Shown one piece after another: positions 8,638 through 18,273 of a DNA stretch of 25,043 nt. The notes beneath the pieces were generated by a model. The model saw only the letters and a program-made list of their open reading frames with translations, made no database searches and was not told where the DNA came from. Position numbers and translations under genes: made by a program. The stretch covers positions 21,145-46,187 of the forward strand of contig SHMW01000026.1 of the NCBI GenBank assembly GCA_008080735.1. Direction: 5' to 3'. This DNA comes from Promethearchaeota archaeon (GTDB taxonomy: Archaea > Asgardarchaeota > Lokiarchaeia > Sigyniarchaeales > SOKP01). The first letter of the stretch is position 1, and every line of letters begins with the position of its first letter.

Positions 8638-9384
8638 ATGTTTTTCAGCAGTGGTGGGTCAATCAAGTCAGGTCGAAAGGTAGTTGATTCGCTATATTAT
8701 TTTGCAGAGCAGCAGATGCTCGATTGTAATCAGTATATGATTAAGGATGAGGAATCCGAAGAACTGGTATTGTTTGATGCGGGAAATGGCAAGTCTATGA
8801 ATGGATTATTTGAAGGAATGGAAAAGTTGGGTCTTGATCCTGAGCACATTACCAAGCTATATCTTACCCATGAACATGTGGACCACGTACTTGGAGTATA
8901 TACATTTTTGGACAAGTTTGGGAAGGATGCGCCAGAGATTTTCGCATACGGTCGAACGGCTGAGATTCTACAGCAAGGGAAAGAGACGGAGATTTTTCCA
9001 GGGAATTTAGGAATCAGCCCCAGAATGTTTGGAGTTGAGATCCGACCGATCGAGGTCCATAAAATTACGGAAGATGAGCCCGTACATGTTGGACCAGATT
9101 ATAATTTCACAATTTATCACACACCTGGACATTCCCAAGGGTCGATTGTCTACTATGAGCCCGATAAAAAGATTCTTATCCCGGGTGATTTAGTATTCAC
9201 ACAAGGCTCATTTGGCAGATATGACTTTCCCGGAGGTTCTTTAAGCCAGTTGCAAGACTCTATAAAGTTTGTGAATGAATTGGATGTCACTTATTTACTT
9301 CCCGGTCATATGGGCATTAGTGATAATGGAAATGCTCAAATTGCGACCTCAAATAGGATGGTTCATACAATAGGACCTTATTAA
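8638..9384 (+). CDS. Metallo-beta-lactamase-fold hydrolase (glyoxalase II-like)
   Basis: LFDAG, THEHVDH (HxHxDH), TPGHSQGS, GDLVF..GSFGR.D.PGG, PGH. Confidence 0.92.
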   Translation: MFFSSGGSIKSGRKVVDSLYYFAEQQMLDCNQYMIKDEESEELVLFDAGNGKSMNGLFEGMEKLGLDPEHITKLYLTHEHVDHVLGVYTFLDKFGKDAPEIFAYGRTAEILQQGKETEIFPGNLGISPRMFGVEIRPIEVHKITEDEPVHVGPDYNFTIYHTPGHSQGSIVYYEPDKKILIPGDLVFTQGSFGRYDFPGGSLSQLQDSIKFVNELDVTYLLPGHMGISDNGNAQIATSNRMVHTIGPY

Positions 9385-9542
9385 AAGTGAATGGGATCTC
9401 TCGTTTTCTTTCCTTCTCTGATACATAGAGAACCTATCCATAAGTGATTATTAAAAACATTTTTTAAAGCATTGTATTTTATACTATCTTAACCCAATTT
9501 TATAACATTGGTAAAATTAATTTAAAAAAGGTTGAAAAAAAA

Positions 9543-10205
9543 ATGTCAACAGAAGCAGAAGAAGTACATCTTCGTTCTTACCCTAAGATAATTTTCTTCT
9601 ACCCGACTTTTTTAGCATCTCTGGTACTCTGGTTGATTCAATTGATTATTGGAGCCACACCAAATCCCATATTAGGATATTTCTGGATTGGGATCTTTTT
9701 CATAAACGTATTTGTCATTGCCTTTGACTTTTCATCGACAAAATTTTTCATTTTAATATTGATAATCGTTATTGTGGCGGTACTATTGGTCTTTTTACTA
9801 CCCAATTTGGATATCTTTGGCGGCACAGGCGGAGGAGACCCCTTTAATCTCGGATTGACTGCCAACTTTTACTTGACAATGACCATCATTTTTGGGTTTG
9901 TATTAGCTATTGTGATAATTAACGCCCAATTCAATTATTGGAAAGTAGAAAGAAACGAGATCTATCATAAGAGCGGAATTTTCAGCTCGGCAGAACGATA
10001 TCCTGTCCAGAGTTTACGAATTAAGAAATCGATTCCTGACGTATTCGAATTTCTATTTTTACGTGCGGGAAGATTAGTATTGATGCCAGGAAGACAAGAG
10101 GAAGTAATTACACTTCCTACAGTGCTCAATATTAATAATAAGACAGATAGGATCGACCATCTATTAAGCCACATCTCTGTCGAACCTGATGAAATAGATC
10201 AATAA
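9543..10205 (+). CDS. Membrane protein with ~4 TM helices and a C-terminal bacterial-PH (YdbS-like) domain
   Basis: Four hydrophobic segments in aa ~16-127, then YWKVERNEIYHKSGIFS...YPV......F..LFLRAGRLVL, which resembles the bPH consensus. Confidence 0.6.
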   Translation: MSTEAEEVHLRSYPKIIFFYPTFLASLVLWLIQLIIGATPNPILGYFWIGIFFINVFVIAFDFSSTKFFILILIIVIVAVLLVFLLPNLDIFGGTGGGDPFNLGLTANFYLTMTIIFGFVLAIVIINAQFNYWKVERNEIYHKSGIFSSAERYPVQSLRIKKSIPDVFEFLFLRAGRLVLMPGRQEEVITLPTVLNINNKTDRIDHLLSHISVEPDEIDQ

Positions 10206-10225
10206 ATATTAGTATTTTAAATCTA

Positions 10226-10249
10226 ATTTTCAGTTCTTTTTTTTATTTT
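10226..10249 (+). terminator. Putative archaeal oligo-T terminator after the membrane protein gene
   Basis: ttttcagttctttttttttatttt lies ~20-45 nt after the stop. Similar T tracts follow the genes ending at 16506 and 21861. Confidence 0.4.
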
Positions 10250-10441
10250 AACTTCTCACAACGTTGTAGGAGAGAAACGCACTCCTTTTTATTGTAAAAA
10301 TTTTTAATGGGTTGCTTCAGACAAATCAAAAAAGGAAAAGTAAGAGAGTAGATTAGGATGTTCTGATGTTATAAAATAAATTATTTTCGAAAAAATCTTA
10401 ATAGAAGCTGTATTATCCTACTAAACGACCCAAAACGAATT

Positions 10442-13183
10442 ATGTTTAATGTAGATGATTTCGATGATTATCCGGACCTACATTCGGAGATAAAAAAGAT
10501 AAATAAATATGTGAGAAAAGAGAAGAAATCAAAACTCGCATCGATTATAGAGGAGCTTCAAGAGTACTTGGAAGAAAATACTTTAGAAGTTCCCGTTACT
10601 TTCATTTTGAGTGTAGTTATAGAGGAATATCCGTCTTTAATCGATATTGAACTCATTGAAATGATCGAGCCATTTTTGAAATCTGAAAACACCAAACTAA
10701 AATTGAACTCAATTATAATACTCGGCTTTTATGTGCTCTATCATCTCGATTCTATTAATCAAAAATATATCTCATATTTGATGGAATTTTTACATAGCGA
10801 ACGACAAGATATACGAGAAAATTCTTATTATTTCCTGAAGCGTATTTCCAAGTCAGAACCCAATCTATTGTGTAAGAATAAAGCTCAGCTCATCAATTCA
10901 TTTCAGGATGAGATTGAGGAAAAAAATATTGGTAACCTTATTCTTCTCCTCTCGTTCTTGGAACGATGTAATGGATTTAATTTTCAACACCTTTACCAGC
11001 TCCGAACAATTATCATTAAAATTATTCGAAAAGTTTTGGGGAAAAATGAGTCTGATCTTAGAAAGGCATTAGGGAAGTTATTAGGTAAAATATTCCCCGA
11101 GATTACATCAACTCCTCTTCTAGCTGAGGATAATCCGGAGAAATTGATAGAGTTTTTAGAGAATGTATTTATCAAACGGAAGTATAATTTTTCTAAGATT
11201 AGTAAAGAAAATAATATTAGCTTTAATGGGTTTTTAGAAAGTTTCAAGAAATCGACCTTAGAGGAGAAAGAGATCTATTTCTATACGAAGAACCGGGAAA
11301 CTCAACAAATTATATTCTATGAATTAGAAAAAGAAAAACTATACAATTTCTTTACTCAAACCCAGAAACTTTCTCACGAAGAAGTAATTAATGAATTTTC
11401 TGATATCTTAGATGCCGATGAGTTAAAATTATTCATTAAAACGTTAGTAAAATTAGGACATATTCAAGGATACTTGTCTGATTTTTATTTTTATTCATCA
11501 AGTTACATTAATTCCATGCTAAAGGATGATTTGGAGAAGAAGGGAGAAATCCATCTCAGCAACTACAATCATCTTCCTTTGAATTATTTGAAAAAACTTG
11601 TCAAGGAAATAGCTCAAAATGAAAAATATGATATCTTGATCGGAAAAGAAAAAACTTCCTTCTACTCTCTAGGCAATATAAGAGAGAATATCACGCGGAG
11701 GGCCGCGAAAGAAACCTTTATCGATCTTCAAGAATTTCAAACTCGATTAACCGATAAATCTTTTATTCGGCTCATTAAGTCCTTGCCTAAAGAGTATTTG
11801 ACGAATTTTCATAAGCGAACTTATTGGTTAACTAATATTGGGAAGTTAAAATTTGAACGAGAATTAGAGAATACCAAAATTATTGGATATTTTGATATTG
11901 AGCGCGTGTCAGAGAAATTAAAAATTGATAAATTGTTGATATATGACATATTTGATACTGAAGTTGATGAGCGAAGCGGTCTCTGGAATGAGGAACGAAC
12001 TGTATTCTATTATTCACGTTATTTGAAAGATAAGATAGAAAAAATAACCAAAATTCAAGACAAAGAGCGACAACTAAAGGAAATTGAATCGATTTCCAAG
12101 GAATTAAACATAAACAAAGAACAAATTCTTCGTAAAATTGCAGAAAACACGAAATCCATCGGCGAGGAAATCAAGCAGAAGGACCAGATAAAAATTTCAG
12201 AATATTTAGAAAAGACAGGAATGGATCATTATACATTCATAGATTATTTAAATAATCTTAATCTAAATTTTCTTAAAAAGGGAGATACCATCATTTTCAA
12301 TCCCGCAAAAATTGAAAACGCGAAAAAAAAGGTAAAAGAGTATGTTAAGTCAGAATCTGCTTCAAAAGAAGTGATTTCTCTGGGTACATATGACATCAAT
12401 TCGCAGCTTATGAAAGACATTATAGAACAACTGCAAGATTCCGGAGATATCAAGGGAATATTTTATAAGGAAAATAACGAAGTGAAATTCTATACTGAAA
12501 TGGGTATTAAAAGGTTGATGTTGTCGGGCATTTCGGTATTTTCTTTGCATGATCTATTTTTAGGAAAAGACTTATCTGATGATGAAATTGATATATTACT
12601 TGAGATCTTTACTGAGCTACGAGATACTGGAAAACTAACAGGTACCTTCGACGAGGAGACGTTAACGTTCAGCAGTGATGAAATCATTTTCGCCCATACA
12701 TACATGGAGCGTCTCGATAAATTTGAAAAGAGGGTAAATGATTATTACGACAAATTCAATCGTGAGTTTCAGAAAATTAAGAAAGTACTTACCAAAGATT
12801 CAACCATTTATCCCCAAGAGATAAAAATTGTTCAAGATGCTATTAATAGAATTAATGAACGATATATTCATTGGAGAAGTGATCTTGATGCGACAATTAC
12901 TCGAATAAATAAAAAAGTGTTGAAGGAACAAGGATATTCTGAGAAGAAATACAAATCTCTCTCATTTATGGAGGATAGTTTAGAACAAGTTAGGTCTTTT
13001 GCTGAGGAGGAAAGAGTAAAAGAACTAATGGAAGGATTTAATCTATGGATAAACTTATTCAATCAAATAGAATTAAAATATCAGAATATTATTTTTTATC
13101 AGAAACGCATGCTCAATAATCCTGACGACCAACAAGCAAAGAAGAAATTAAGAGATTTAAGAGAAGAATTAAATCTACTTTAA
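10442..13183 (+). CDS. Large helical protein: HEAT/ARM-like repeats + tandem winged-helix (UFL1/PCI-like) array + C-terminal coiled coil
   Basis: HEAT-like FLKSENTKLKLNSIIILG and FLHSERQDIRENSYYFL; repeated wH units LVKLGHIQG..., GYFDIERVSEKLKID, QIKISEYLEKTGMD, EQLQDSGDIKG, ELRDTGKLTGTFD. The 913-aa ORF is intact. Confidence 0.6.
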   Translation: MFNVDDFDDYPDLHSEIKKINKYVRKEKKSKLASIIEELQEYLEENTLEVPVTFILSVVIEEYPSLIDIELIEMIEPFLKSENTKLKLNSIIILGFYVLYHLDSINQKYISYLMEFLHSERQDIRENSYYFLKRISKSEPNLLCKNKAQLINSFQDEIEEKNIGNLILLLSFLERCNGFNFQHLYQLRTIIIKIIRKVLGKNESDLRKALGKLLGKIFPEITSTPLLAEDNPEKLIEFLENVFIKRKYNFSKISKENNISFNGFLESFKKSTLEEKEIYFYTKNRETQQIIFYELEKEKLYNFFTQTQKLSHEEVINEFSDILDADELKLFIKTLVKLGHIQGYLSDFYFYSSSYINSMLKDDLEKKGEIHLSNYNHLPLNYLKKLVKEIAQNEKYDILIGKEKTSFYSLGNIRENITRRAAKETFIDLQEFQTRLTDKSFIRLIKSLPKEYLTNFHKRTYWLTNIGKLKFERELENTKIIGYFDIERVSEKLKIDKLLIYDIFDTEVDERSGLWNEERTVFYYSRYLKDKIEKITKIQDKERQLKEIESISKELNINKEQILRKIAENTKSIGEEIKQKDQIKISEYLEKTGMDHYTFIDYLNNLNLNFLKKGDTIIFNPAKIENAKKKVKEYVKSESASKEVISLGTYDINSQLMKDIIEQLQDSGDIKGIFYKENNEVKFYTEMGIKRLMLSGISVFSLHDLFLGKDLSDDEIDILLEIFTELRDTGKLTGTFDEETLTFSSDEIIFAHTYMERLDKFEKRVNDYYDKFNREFQKIKKVLTKDSTIYPQEIKIVQDAINRINERYIHWRSDLDATITRINKKVLKEQGYSEKKYKSLSFMEDSLEQVRSFAEEERVKELMEGFNLWINLFNQIELKYQNIIFYQKRMLNNPDDQQAKKKLRDLREELNLL

Positions 13184-13199
13184 ATAATAGCGGCACACC

Positions 13200-13481
13200 C
13201 TAACGTTGATCATCAACCTTTTTGATAAATTGCTCGATATCAATTACATTTTCTGGTACGATTTTATAGGTTTTAGGGCTAGTTTTTCCATTTAATTCTA
13301 AGATCTCATTCTCCTCAAGAAACGCTAGGGAGCGCCAGATAAAGTTTATCTTCGACCGATTGGAAGATTTAATATTATTGCATCGTCTTACTCTCTTGGT
13401 ATTTACAATATAGATGTTGTTCTCAATCAATTTGTTAATAGCAGATAAAGTTTCTCTCAAGTTTTTTAGAAAAAAATCCAT
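13200..13481 (-). CDS. Small basic winged-helix-like hypothetical protein
   Basis: 93 aa, ATG start, basic. A helix (INFIWRSLAFLEENEIL) followed by a beta-wing (ELNGKTSPKTYKI) is a wHTH pattern. Convergent with the 913-aa gene. Confidence 0.55.
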   Translation of the reverse strand: MDFFLKNLRETLSAINKLIENNIYIVNTKRVRRCNNIKSSNRSKINFIWRSLAFLEENEILELNGKTSPKTYKIVPENVIDIEQFIKKVDDQR

Positions 13482-13833
13482 TCTTATATAATGCCCCTCT
13501 TATGGTGATTTGTGCTTCCTAAGGTAGAATTAGAGCTAGCTTCTTATACTAAAATCTCTAATAATACGTGTTGATTTATGTATTCAATTTATGTTTTTTA
13601 TAATTTAAATATTTTTTACCATATGAAAATGTATTCCAATATAATAATCCAATAAATAGGACTCTTATAAGAGCATATTTCCGTAATGTTGCTCGCCAGG
13701 CTTTCCGTGATAGTGGTTAATGCCATATTTGGAGCTAAGAACTGATGGAACGAATTTTTGGTTTTAGAAAAAATATTAACATATTAACATAGGAAGAAAA
13801 AATTGAAGTATATACTTAATTGTATTATAGGAT

Positions 13834-15438
13834 TTAATGGCGAAATACCCGCTTTCCGCAAAATACTAACGAACAATCTAATTCATTGGCCCTCTCAATG
13901 ACCTTATCATCTCGTATTGAGCCACCAGGATTAATAATTGCGTTTGCTCCGGCTTCAACCGCAGCTTCTAAGCCATCAGGGAATGGAAAAAAAGAATCAG
14001 TGCCCATGACCGAATTTTGTAGTGCCTCTCCGTGGCCAAATTCCCTGGCTTTTTGGACGGCTAATTTAACCACGTGAACTCGACTCTGCTGCCCCGCTCC
14101 GATGCCGATTGTATATATTCCCGTATCGTAAGTCTGAACAAAGCAAGCAGAATTTGATTTCGCCCATTTAGAAACTTTATACGCGAAGATAAGCGCTTCC
14201 TTTTCCTCTTCTGAGACTCCACGTTCGCTCACCACCTTCCATTCTTTAATTACAGGTTTATGGTCATATTCTTGGACTATTATACCCCCAAGTACCGATC
14301 TAAGTTCAGGATTTTCATAGATCTCCTCTCGCTTAGTCAGAAAGTCTCCAAATTCAAGAACCCTCATGTTTTCCTTTTGTCGTAATATATCGAGCGCCTT
14401 TGGCTCGAATGATGGAGCCATAATTACTTCAATGAAGATATTTTCTTGATTTACAATGTAATCTGCAACCTCCTCAGTTAAATGCTTATTCACCCCCCAA
14501 ATCCCTCCGAACGCAGATAAGGGATCTGTGCTGAATGCTTTTTTAACTGATGCGAGCTGGGCTTTCTTATCAATAGCAATCCCATTCGGGGAAGTATGTT
14601 TCAATATCGCAGTGACGTAATGCTCAGTGCCAAAATCTAAGAGAATTTGAATACACGAGTCAATATCAAGATAATTATTAAAAGAAATCTCTTTTCCGTT
14701 GAGTTGTTTAAAATCTTGTAATCCATATTTAGACGAGAGATCCTTGTAAAAGGCGGCTTGTTGGTCCCAATTCTCTCCGTATCGCGTATCTTGGACTTTT
14801 TCGAAAACCTTAATAAGCTGTTTGGGTAGAAGTTTATCTTGAATTCTCTTTTGAAGATAATTTGCGATTGCTAAATTATAATCTGCCATAATTACAAAGA
14901 CTTCTCGGGCAAGCTTCGCTCGTAATTCATCTCCGACAGTTCCGCTATTTTTTCTTAATTCTTCAAGAATGCTATCATAATATTGTGCGTCTGGAACGAC
15001 AACCACATCGGGATAATTTTTTGCTGCTGCTCGTATCATAGTGGGACCACCGATATCGATCATCTCCAACGCATCTGCTAAGGAGGTGTCGGGTTTGGAA
15101 ATGGCTTCCTTAAATTGATAGAGATTACAAACCACCATATCAATTGGTGGGATATCGTATTTTTTTGCGTCTGTGATATCATCCTCATTTTCACGTCTAT
15201 AGAGAATTCCGCCTTCGATCTTTGGGTGAAGAGTTTTAACGCGTCCTCCAAACATTTCTGGAGATCCCGTGTATTCTGAGATTTTGGTGATCTTTACACC
15301 GTTCTGCTCCAATAATCGCCCAGTACCTCCCGTGGACAAGATTTCCACATTAAACTCATCCGCTAAGGTTTTTGCAAAATCAACCAATCCGCCTTTATCA
15401 AACACGCTTATGATGGCTCGTTCAATTTTCTTTTTCAT
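13834..15438 (-). CDS. purH: Bifunctional AICAR formyltransferase/IMP cyclohydrolase
   Basis: RAIISVFDK, STGGT, GRVKTLHP, VCNLY, IDIGGPTMIRAAAKN, RYGEN, SFNNYLD, catalytic KH, SAFGG, KSN, GAGQQSRV, FFPFPDG, PGGSIRD, terminal R.FRH. Confidence 0.97.
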   Translation of the reverse strand: MKKKIERAIISVFDKGGLVDFAKTLADEFNVEILSTGGTGRLLEQNGVKITKISEYTGSPEMFGGRVKTLHPKIEGGILYRRENEDDITDAKKYDIPPIDMVVCNLYQFKEAISKPDTSLADALEMIDIGGPTMIRAAAKNYPDVVVVPDAQYYDSILEELRKNSGTVGDELRAKLAREVFVIMADYNLAIANYLQKRIQDKLLPKQLIKVFEKVQDTRYGENWDQQAAFYKDLSSKYGLQDFKQLNGKEISFNNYLDIDSCIQILLDFGTEHYVTAILKHTSPNGIAIDKKAQLASVKKAFSTDPLSAFGGIWGVNKHLTEEVADYIVNQENIFIEVIMAPSFEPKALDILRQKENMRVLEFGDFLTKREEIYENPELRSVLGGIIVQEYDHKPVIKEWKVVSERGVSEEEKEALIFAYKVSKWAKSNSACFVQTYDTGIYTIGIGAGQQSRVHVVKLAVQKAREFGHGEALQNSVMGTDSFFPFPDGLEAAVEAGANAIINPGGSIRDDKVIERANELDCSLVFCGKRVFRH

Positions 15439-15663
15439 ATAAAAAACTCTACGATGATTTATTTTATTATAATAATAGCTAAGGAAGATAGTTAATAATC
15501 TTGTTAAAATGTTTCATTTCCATTTAACAATCAGTTATTAAAAAATTGGAGAAATAAGAAAAGATTTGGAACTTTGTCATTTTTTCATTTCCATTGCTTT
15601 ACGAAATTTTTTTAATTGCTCTCTTGGTGTAACTGTGGGTCTTTCATACCTGTGTAAAGTATT

Positions 15664-16506
15664 TTGAATTCCGAAGAGATTAATCAACCAGCTTTATTTC
15701 TTGGAGTACCAACCATGTATATGCGTCTTTTAGAAAGGGATGATTTAGAAGATTATGCCAAGGATCTCAGATCAATCAGAGTATGTAATACTGGAGCGGC
15801 TCCTATGCCACCTGAAATATTAAAAGAATTTGAAGAGAGAACTGGAGGGAAGATTATTGAAGGATATGGTATGACTGAGACTTCGCCGGTTACACACAGC
15901 AATCCAGTAAATGGAGAACGAAAAATCGGTTCAGTCGGTCTGGCTTTCCCAGATACTGAAGTAAAACTTGTAGATATTGAAGATTACACTAGAATAGTCC
16001 CCATAGGGGAAAGAGGGGAAATTATGATAAAAGGACCACAGGTGATGAAAGGATATTGGAATAAACCAGAGGAAACAGATAATCAAATGAAGGGCGGATG
16101 GATATTAACAGGTGATATTGGGAAATTAGATGATGATGGTTATTTGTATATCGTTGATAGAAAGAAGGATATGGTGAACGTGAGTGGTTTTAAAGTATAT
16201 CCTCGAGAAGTGGAAGATGTGCTTTTTGAACATGAAGCAATTGAGAACGTTGCAATTATTGGAATTCCAAATCCAAATCTTCAAGGAAGTGAATTAGTAA
16301 AGGCATATGTGGTTCTTAAAGGAGATTTTAGAGAAAGCGAAGAATTAAAAGCAGAAATTAGAGCTTTTGCTAAAGAAAATTTAGCTCCATATAAAGCCCC
16401 AAAATTTATAGAATTTAGTAAAGAACTTCCAGAAACATTAGTGGGAAAGGTTCAAAGAAAAGATCTTAAAGATATCGAGGCAAAAAGAAGAGGAGAAGAG
16501 GTCTAG
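15664..16506 (+). pseudogene. C-terminal half of a long-chain acyl-CoA synthetase (ANL adenylation family), 5'-truncated
   Basis: GVPTMY, GAAP, EGYGMTE, GEIMIKGPQVMKGYW, TGD, IVDRKKD..NVSG.KVYPREVE and LP.T.VGK are present. The N-terminal half, including the P-loop (YTxGTTGxPKG), is absent, and there is an in-frame TAA at 15655-15657. Confidence 0.75.
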
Positions 16507-16608
16507 TTTTTATAAATCATAGCAATTTTAAAATTAATAAAATCTTTTTTTCATTTTTTAAAAACCCTTCGAAGATCTAATTCAGGTTAGGAATTTTTTT
16601 ATTGAAAT

Positions 16609-18069
16609 CTAATATTTACCCATAAGATCGTGGGGTTTCTGTTCCATCATGCCGACCGCGCTGACTAATCCTATTTTAGCGTTTTTCATATCCTCAATAT
16701 TGTGGGCTCCCGCATAGATCATCCCATTTGACAATCCTTCAGTAAGCGATTCAATGACTCCGGATAATTCGCCCACATAGGGCACATAATCCGACACCCC
16801 TTCCGGCAGGGTTTTTGCACCTTCCACATATCTATCAAGTACATAATTCGTGGTACGTGCTTCTTTTGATCCCATACCTCTGTAGACTTTTACTTTCCGA
16901 CCTTGAATTGTATCAATATATCCCGGGCTCTCGGTACATCCCGCAAAAAAGTGACCTGACATAATCATATCCGCCCCAACGGAAAATGCTTTAGGTAAGT
17001 CTCCGGGATTTTTGAACCCGCCATCGGCTATTAGTCCTATTTCTGAATTATAATCTCGGATGGCATCAGCTACTTGCGCGGTTGCGAAAATAGTTGGAGC
17101 GCCCACTCCAGTTTGAATTGAGGTGGAGCATATAGAGCCAGAGCCCATTCCCACTTTTATGCCGATAAATTTTTCTTCATTAAAATCGGCTTTTGTTAAT
17201 AAATGTTCCGCAGCTTCATAGGTTCCGATATTGCCTAAAACGAAATCGGAATCTAGAAAGTTCATCAATTTCCGTACATTCTGAATATCCCGTTCTTTGT
17301 AAAAGTCTGCAACGTCTGTAAAGAAGATGTCAACATAATCATCGATCTCCTTAAGTATATTTTGAGCAGCTGTAGTTTCTGGGTATTTAGGGCTAATTGC
17401 CAACGCACATAATAGCCTTCCTTCTTTATCGATGGACGCATGGGGGAATTCGGGTTTTAGATCTTTTTTAGTAATGAGTCCTCTCAAATAGCCGTCTTCT
17501 ATTATCGGAAGTTTTTCAATCCTGCTATTATAGAGCACTTCCAAGGCTTCCTGCCGTGATACATTTGGTTCAATGGAAATAACATCCTCCGTCATATAAT
17601 CTTTCACTTTACCCTTTCGTGCCTCCTCTTCCGAATATGGGATATCGCGTTTGGTAAAGATTCCGCATACTCTATTTTTGGCGTCTACCACTACAAGCCC
17701 ACTTATTCCAGCATCTTCCATTTTATGTTTCGCAGTACTTACTCGGGCATTAATATCTATTGTTGCGACATCTCGAATTATGAATGAGCGTGCCCTCTTT
17801 ACATTCTTACACATTTCGAGCTGTTTTTCATAAGAACAATTACGATGTAATACTCCAAGGCCCCCAAGAAGCGCCATTTGGATAGCCATTTCCTCTTCCG
17901 TGACCGTATCCATCGCGGCAGTCATTATAGGTATATTAAACTCATATTTTCCTAATTGAGCTGAGATGTCCACATCGTATGTTTGAGTATACCCCGGTAA
18001 AATAAGCACATCATCGAATGTTGCGATGAGATCATTATAATGTATTTTTCTGCGAAAATTATCAGTCAT
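16609..18069 (-). CDS. guaB: Inosine-5'-monophosphate dehydrogenase with CBS subdomain
   Basis: TFDDVL.LP, AAMDTVTE, GGLGVLHRN, CBS pair, catalytic loop GMGSGSICST, IADGG, YRGMGS, flap RY dyad (LDRYV), PEGV. Confidence 0.95.
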   Translation of the reverse strand: MTDNFRRKIHYNDLIATFDDVLILPGYTQTYDVDISAQLGKYEFNIPIMTAAMDTVTEEEMAIQMALLGGLGVLHRNCSYEKQLEMCKNVKRARSFIIRDVATIDINARVSTAKHKMEDAGISGLVVVDAKNRVCGIFTKRDIPYSEEEARKGKVKDYMTEDVISIEPNVSRQEALEVLYNSRIEKLPIIEDGYLRGLITKKDLKPEFPHASIDKEGRLLCALAISPKYPETTAAQNILKEIDDYVDIFFTDVADFYKERDIQNVRKLMNFLDSDFVLGNIGTYEAAEHLLTKADFNEEKFIGIKVGMGSGSICSTSIQTGVGAPTIFATAQVADAIRDYNSEIGLIADGGFKNPGDLPKAFSVGADMIMSGHFFAGCTESPGYIDTIQGRKVKVYRGMGSKEARTTNYVLDRYVEGAKTLPEGVSDYVPYVGELSGVIESLTEGLSNGMIYAGAHNIEDMKNAKIGLVSAVGMMEQKPHDLMGKY

Positions 18070-18273
18070 TTTATATTATAGGACTTGATTATATTGTTAA
18101 ATATTATAAGTTTGAATGTTAATATTTAAGATATTTCTTACTAAAAAATTTTGTGAATTAAAATAGTAAGAGGGAAATATCTTTAATAGTAAGTAGAGCG
18201 ATTTTAAATAAAGTTTTTTAATTGAATTTTACAAATCTTTACGAGATAAAATTTATAAGTTAAACCAATTAAT

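Noticed and set aside
10253-10276. Palindrome ACAACGTTGT flanked by TTCTC/GAGAA
   Set aside because: It occurs once and is short; it cannot be distinguished from chance.
13707-13745. C/D-box sRNA (GTGATAG...CTGA)
   Set aside because: The C box is imperfect, there is no internal D'/C' pair, and the span is too short.
13773-13790. Tandem ATATTAAC repeat as a CRISPR-like array
   Set aside because: There are only two 8-bp copies in AT-rich DNA, with no spacers and no cas genes.
15439-15560. ZMP/ZTP riboswitch upstream of purH
   Set aside because: The region is almost pure AT, with no conserved GC-rich riboswitch stems.
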